IMG/VR virus record: IMGVR_UViG_3300043473_000046 | Coordinates: 1-58,767 of that record | Origin: a virus | Taxonomy: Duplodnaviria > Caudoviricetes | DNA: 58,767 nt | Strand: one strand, 5' to 3' | In this document: positions 55,562 through 58,767 of the stretch, one piece after another | Layout of the letters: every line of letters begins with the position of its first letter | Numbering within the stretch: the first letter of the stretch is position 1 | Notes under the pieces: generated by a model | Seen by the model: only the letters and a program-made list of their open reading frames with translations | Told to the model about the DNA's origin: nothing | The model's database searches: none | Program-made: the position numbers and the translations under genes

Positions 55562-56357
55562 GGAGTTCTACTTCCTCGCTGGACGAGTTGCTGGAACGCA
55601 TGACTTGCCACCAATGGGACAAGGCCGTTGCCGCCAAGGTGGAGGGCGTCAACCAGCCCATCGGGACGCCCATCAGAGATTCGATGAACCGAGGGTTCAG
55701 GTCCGCCGTCTTCGATCCATACCTTCCATTCGGCGCTGTCGTCGGGTCGAGGGGGGAATGTCCGAAGTCCCGGAAGACCCGGTCGAACAACGTGGAGTTC
55801 GTGGCCTTCTTGTTCGGCGCTCCCTGTGAGGAGACGCTCCCAGTCGGAGTGGGCCACTGCGACAAGCCAGAACCGCTCGCGATGGTGAGGGGCACCAACA
55901 TCTTGCGCGGAATACATACCCCATTCCGCATCGAACCCGAGGTCGGCAAGGTCGGAGAGGACGTAGGAGAGCCCATACCGAACCAGTCCGGGCACGTTCT
56001 CCAGGAAGATGAATCCCGGTCCCACATCACCGATGATTCGGGCAATGGAAGGCCAAAGCCACCGGTCGTCTTCGACTCCTCGTCGGGCACCGGCAGTGGA
56101 GAACGGCTGACACGGAAAGCCCGCAGTGATGATGTCCACACATCCACGCCATGCTGTGCCATCGAAGGTCTCGATATCGTCCCACAGAGGAGCGCGATCC
56201 AAGATCTGTTCTTCCATCCTCGCCACGAGAACGGCTGCTGCGTAGGAATCCCTCTCACAACGACCCACGGTTCGTATGTCGAGTCCGGCCAGTCGGAGTC
56301 CAAGTTCGAAGCCGCCGTATCCGTCGCATAAGCAGAGGGTTCGTAGAGCCATGTCAT
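55554..56357 (-). CDS. Overprinted second (beta) chain of the C5 methyltransferase
   Basis: 267-codon alternative frame with WPTP and motif IX-like LNPRFIESLMGVPMGW; its ATG overlaps the upstream gene's TGA. Confidence 0.75.
   Translation of the reverse strand: MTWLYEPSAYATDTAASNLDSDWPDSTYEPWVVVRGIPTQQPFSWRGWKNRSWIALLCGTISRPSMAQHGVDVWTSSLRAFRVSRSPLPVPDEESKTTGGFGLPLPESSVMWDRDSSSWRTCPDWFGMGSPTSSPTLPTSGSMRNGVCIPRKMLVPLTIASGSGLSQWPTPTGSVSSQGAPNKKATNSTLFDRVFRDFGHSPLDPTTAPNGRYGSKTADLNPRFIESLMGVPMGWLTPSTLAATALSHWWQVMRSSNSSSEEVELHE
55558..56352 (-). CDS. DNA cytosine-5 methyltransferase, catalytic (alpha) chain
   Basis: Motifs I (CDGYGG), IV (GFPCQPFS), VI (ENVPG), VIII (RERFW), X (GNGLVP); motif IX absent. 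Confidence 0.93.
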   Translation of the reverse strand: MALRTLCLCDGYGGFELGLRLAGLDIRTVGRCERDSYAAAVLVARMEEQILDRAPLWDDIETFDGTAWRGCVDIITAGFPCQPFSTAGARRGVEDDRWLWPSIARIIGDVGPGFIFLENVPGLVRYGLSYVLSDLADLGFDAEWGMYSAQDVGAPHHRERFWLVAVAHSDWERLLTGSAEQEGHELHVVRPGLPGLRTFPPRPDDSAEWKVWIEDGGPEPSVHRISDGRPDGLVDALHLGGNGLVPLVASHAFQQLVQRGSRTP

Positions 56358-56521
56358 TGCTTCCCGTACTCCAGTACAAGTATCTCGTGATACCTTAATC
56401 GCCACCTGTTGGCAGCTTCTGTCCATTCGTGGGTTTGCTCTTCCCAGTTGCCGCCGCTGACGTTGGCGATGATGCCCCAAGCGGATTCCAGGGCACCAAG
56501 TAATTCGTCGCGTTGGTTCAA
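56354..56521 (-). CDS. Small Trp-rich protein (55 aa, not in the ORF track)
   Basis: Hand-translated from TTG: MNQRDELLGALESAWGIIANVSGGNWEEQTHEWTEAANRWRLRYHEILVLEYGKQ; 4-nt overlaps at both ends. Confidence 0.7.
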   Translation of the reverse strand: MNQRDELLGALESAWGIIANVSGGNWEEQTHEWTEAANRWRLRYHEILVLEYGKQ

Positions 56522-57003
56522 TGTCGGTACTGCTCTTCGTTGTAGGGCTCAAACGTGGCGTTGAACTCCTCGGGGTGCATCGGTCGCCACTCGTCGGTGG
56601 ACAGGAAATGCACGAGATAGTCGTCCACGAACAAGCGTTGTTCGATCCCCTTGTGGTACATGCACATGTAAGCGGGCATGGAGTCCTGCCAGCCCTCCTC
56701 GTACTCGATGATGGCGTTGCAGTTGGTGACCCAGGAGGCGATATGGGCAGCTTGTTCCTCGGAGCCGTCCCACTGCACGGATTCCAGGCCGGGAGCGACG
56801 ATGTACTGCACCTTGTCAGGGACGATCGGTTCGACTTGGGGTCCGGTGGGCGGCATTCCCGGCACGGACGGCGGTTGGATGACGATCGATTCGGTACCGG
56901 GCGGGTCCGGGGGGAGATCAGGCGGATCGGGATGATCGAACGGCGGCGGAACAGGGGGCGGCGGTTCGGTCGCGGGCTCTGGTGGCGGATCGGTGATGGT
57001 CAT
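56518..57003 (-). CDS. Hypothetical protein with Pro-rich N-terminus
   Basis: GGAGG RBS, ATGA coupling; ESVQWDG..DYLV..P..F..TFEP. Confidence 0.75.
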   Translation of the reverse strand: MTITDPPPEPATEPPPPVPPPFDHPDPPDLPPDPPGTESIVIQPPSVPGMPPTGPQVEPIVPDKVQYIVAPGLESVQWDGSEEQAAHIASWVTNCNAIIEYEEGWQDSMPAYMCMYHKGIEQRLFVDDYLVHFLSTDEWRPMHPEEFNATFEPYNEEQYRH

Positions 57004-57242
57004 GACTTGACCTCCGTACCGGCGAGGAACTTCTTCAGCAGTTGTTCGGCGCGATCCGAGTGGCAGCGGGTCCACATGACGCGCAGGGTGGCACCCTGCT
57101 TGTCCGGGTAGTCGTTCTGCCAGGTCGATTCCCAGACGCTTCCGTCCTGGTCGTTCAGCCACACGACACCGGGTTCGTTGTGGTGCGACGGCAGTACCTC
57201 CTCGGTAGTGCGGTGGCCGCGGGGTGGATTCAACCAAGTCAT
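57000..57242 (-). CDS. Hypothetical protein
   Basis: Coupled to both neighbours. Confidence 0.65.
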   Translation of the reverse strand: MTWLNPPRGHRTTEEVLPSHHNEPGVVWLNDQDGSVWESTWQNDYPDKQGATLRVMWTRCHSDRAEQLLKKFLAGTEVKS

Positions 57243-57550
57243 TACATGATCTCCAGTCTTCGGGTTGCGGAATAGAACACTTCGATGATGATGTGGCGGT
57301 GCGACACGGGCGTGATGGTCTGGATGCGGAAGCTTGCCTCATCGACCTCCATCACGACGCCGAGACAGTCGAAGTCCTCCAGCGTGTAGCGGATGCGACC
57401 GGCGACCACCATCACGTCGGCCACGACGTGGACGTGCTGCCCCCGCTTCAAGAGCGTGCCGTTCAGGGGGCTCAGTTCAGGGAGCCCGTCAGGGGGAGGC
57501 CACTCTGGAGGGGGTGGGGGTGATGGCGAGGAGGTGGGGGGTGCGTTCAT
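57242..57550 (-). CDS. Hypothetical protein, first gene of the leftward operon
   Basis: ATG 9 nt after the -10 box. Confidence 0.65.
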   Translation of the reverse strand: MNAPPTSSPSPPPPPEWPPPDGLPELSPLNGTLLKRGQHVHVVADVMVVAGRIRYTLEDFDCLGVVMEVDEASFRIQTITPVSHRHIIIEVFYSATRRLEIM

Positions 57551-57559
57551 CGGGAGCGC

Positions 57560-57587
57560 ATGATATCAGATTGATAGCAGTTGTCAA
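57560..57587 (-). promoter_or_regulatory. Strong SigA-like promoter TTGACA-N16-TATCAT with extended TG
   Basis: Consensus -35 and TGnTATCAT. Confidence 0.75.
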
Positions 57588-57609
57588 CTCTCACGCTCGA
57601 CCGCCCGGA

Positions 57610-58021
57610 CTTCAGATACTTCAGGAAGCCTTCAGGTACTTCCAGGAAGCCTTTTTCCTTTTCACAGGAAGTCCCCACCCCTGTGGACAACGGCCTACCG
57701 AGAGGGTTCGCGGCCACGAGTGGCAATTGACTCTATGGATCGAGTGGTTTGCAAGTGATGTGGACACAAGCGTGTTGACATCCCTAATACACATCCAGAT
57801 ACCCCCTAAATGTAGGGGAAAAACGTATTATCGGCAAATATAAAGCAAATGAGCAAGAGTCTGGCGTAAATCATGGCAACACGGCAACATCCTTAGTAAA
57901 CCCTATATAAGTAAGAGGTTTTTGAGAGTGTTTATACGTGTTTAGGAGGGTTTTTACCCCTAATTTTCCCTGGATAAGCGTGTTGACAATCTGTGGCCGC
58001 ATGATGGCAACACCGGCAACA
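57610..58021. other. AT-rich non-coding region with direct repeats (candidate origin or control region)
   Basis: Tandem about 21-mers at 57610-57651; aagcgtgttgaca at 57768 and 57976; atggcaacac(c)ggcaaca at 57873 and 58004. Confidence 0.55.
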
Positions 58022-58279
58022 CGATGCGGACATGGGGACGCGAAAAGAGGTCGTGCGGACATAGGGATGTCCGCACGAGAGCGTTGCAGGATCTTGGTAA
58101 GTGATATCTCGTAAATGCTCTCCCTGTTGTGGCTGCTAATCCTGGAGGGTCAAAACCGGCTGTATATAGCGAAATACAAGCGGTTTGCTCTCAAAATGGT
58201 GCGTATCGGAGGGGGGAAGAGAACACGCGAAACCACCCCCATTGCCAAGTTTTTTGCCCCAAAAGCGGCGCGAATTGAC

Positions 58280-58767
58280 TACGCGACGCGCAAGTTTTTC
58301 GCGTGGATTCTTCGGAATCGCGCCGACGCGACGCGCCGATAATGTCGGTTATCGGCGGGATCGTTTGCGCGTGCAACCTTCTCGAGGACGGCGCGACGCG
58401 TGGCGCGACGCGTGGCGCAACGCGACCCGACGCGACCCCCAACGCGGCAGGGGACGGGGTCGGGGGACGGGGGTCGTGCGACGCGCCACGCGTCCCGAAT
58501 TGGAGAGTATGCGACGCGCCACGCGTCCCCGTTCAACGCGACCCCGTCCCCTGGCGCGCCGATCCCCACAACCCGACCCCGCGACCCCCGTCCTGGCGAC
58601 GGCGTTGGGGTCGGGGTGAGAAACGCCGTTCCCCCGTCCTGGCGTCCCCGTCCCCTGCCACGCGACCCCCGTCCTGGCGTCCCCTGGCGCGCCGTTCGGG
58701 TCGCGTCCCCTCAGTCGAGGAGGGGAACGACCCGACCCCGACGCCGTCGCCAGGGGACGCGCCAGGG
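58280..58767. repeat. GC-rich low-complexity repeat region
   Basis: ggcgcgacgcgt tandem at 58390-58424; tgcgacgcgccacgcgtccc at 58477 and 58510; ccccgtcctggcg x3 within 58580-58684. Confidence 0.8.

Larger units (their letters stand above)
1..58767. mobile_element. Bacteriophage genome segment (Caudoviricetes, long non-contractile tail, probable actinobacterial host); incomplete at the left edge
   Basis: Complete terminase-portal-protease-capsid-tail-tape measure-lysis set, dense ATGA-coupled small ORFs, no host housekeeping operons. Confidence 0.97.

Noticed and set aside
55549-56331. 260-aa + strand ORF opposite the dual-coded MTase
   Set aside because: No recognisable motif, RBS or operon context; probably a by-product of constraint on the two sense frames, though not strictly excluded
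57334-58619. ORFs in the right-end region
   Set aside because: Low-complexity or AT-rich translations lacking RBS and phage codon bias

Overview
The whole window is a large part of a high-GC tailed phage genome (siphovirus-type morphogenesis genes), most likely infecting an actinobacterium; WhiB, leaderless-type promoters and two recalled protein families point to Acidimicrobiia. Positions 1-15.6 kb (+ strand) hold tightly coupled early/middle genes: SSB-like protein, SNF2 helicase, DnaN-like clamp, RusA, HNH, two amino-DNA methyltransferases and WhiB. Positions 15.8-50.7 kb (- strand) hold the virion and lysis module: TGT/DpdA-like protein, terminase, portal, protease, capsid, head-tail and tail genes, tape measure, tail fibre, endolysin, holin, a collagen protein and a 2266-aa repeat protein, interrupted by one + strand Cas4-like nuclease. 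Positions 50.7-57.55 kb (- strand) hold a split primase/helicase, small genes and a C5 methyltransferase. Positions 57.6-58.8 kb are non-coding (AT-rich core, then GC-rich repeats). The strongest finding is an about 800-bp region coding in two frames, apparently for two subunits of a cytosine methyltransferase. Other notable items are a structured leader that masks the primase RBS, a TGT-like protein in the terminase small-subunit slot, and a -1 frameshift chaperone missed by the ORF track. No integrase, DNA polymerase, tRNA or CRISPR array was seen. All family assignments come from motif recognition by eye, not from database searches.
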